From NCBI GenBank assembly GCA_964106645.2, contig OZ067049.1: a DNA stretch of 64,000 nt. One strand, written 5' to 3'. Below are positions 63,756-64,000 of the stretch, one piece after another. Within the stretch, counting starts at the first letter, position 1, and each line of letters opens with the position of its first letter. The DNA comes from Podarcis pityusensis. Its lineage: Eukaryota. The notes under the pieces were generated by a model. That model had not been told where the DNA came from and did no database searches. It worked only from the letters and a program-made list of their open reading frames with translations. Made by a program: the position numbers and the translations under genes.

Positions 63756-63884
63756 CTGGAGAAAGGGAAAGCAGGGCAGAAAAGAAACCAGCTTGTTGAA
63801 CTTGCTTGGAAATGGGTGAGTTGGCCTGTTAGGACCCTGGGAAGGTGCCTTATGCTCCATCTAGCTCAGGATGGTCTGTGCTGA

Positions 63885-64000
63885 CTGGCTTACTAGCAGT
63901 ACATGTGAAAAGGATCTAGGGGTCAACAGTGTGATGCAGCAGCTAAAAAAGGTTAATGCCATCCTAGGCTGCATCAACCGAAGTATAGTGTCCAGATCAA
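63885..64000 (+). mobile_element. CR1 LINE fragment in an SLC25A13 intron (runs off the window)
   Basis: EKDLGV...QCDAAAK..NAILGCINRSIVSRS-like coding remnant. Confidence 0.75.

Overview
Eukaryotic vertebrate genomic DNA, most likely a lacertid lizard, judged from Sauria SINE, Squam3-like SINE, BovB, CR1, L2 and L1 content. The window holds the convergent 3' ends of two genes. On the + strand are the last three coding exons of DYNC1I1 (22693-22833, 34287-34412, 57187-57297; equivalent to human exons 15-17). On the - strand are the last three coding exons of SLC25A13/citrin (63597-63755, 63413-63503, 61658-61838). In mammals this is the distal regulatory end of the DLX5/6 (SHFM1) locus, where DYNC1I1 exons 15 and 17 also act as limb enhancers. 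The introns are rich in transposable elements, including a young 5'-truncated L1 with an intact 934-aa ORF2 and an 18-bp TSD, and an internally deleted chromodomain Gypsy LTR element with a 5-bp TSD. The most unusual structure is a 410-bp TSD-flanked insertion made of ~124-bp inverted repeats around a hammerhead-ribozyme-like core, probably Penelope-like. Several TE-free blocks rich in homeodomain sites are enhancer candidates. No prokaryote-type system (CRISPR, operon) is present, and I cannot establish a wholly new biological system from sequence alone. TE family names come from recognition, not database search, and their boundaries are approximate unless TSDs are given.
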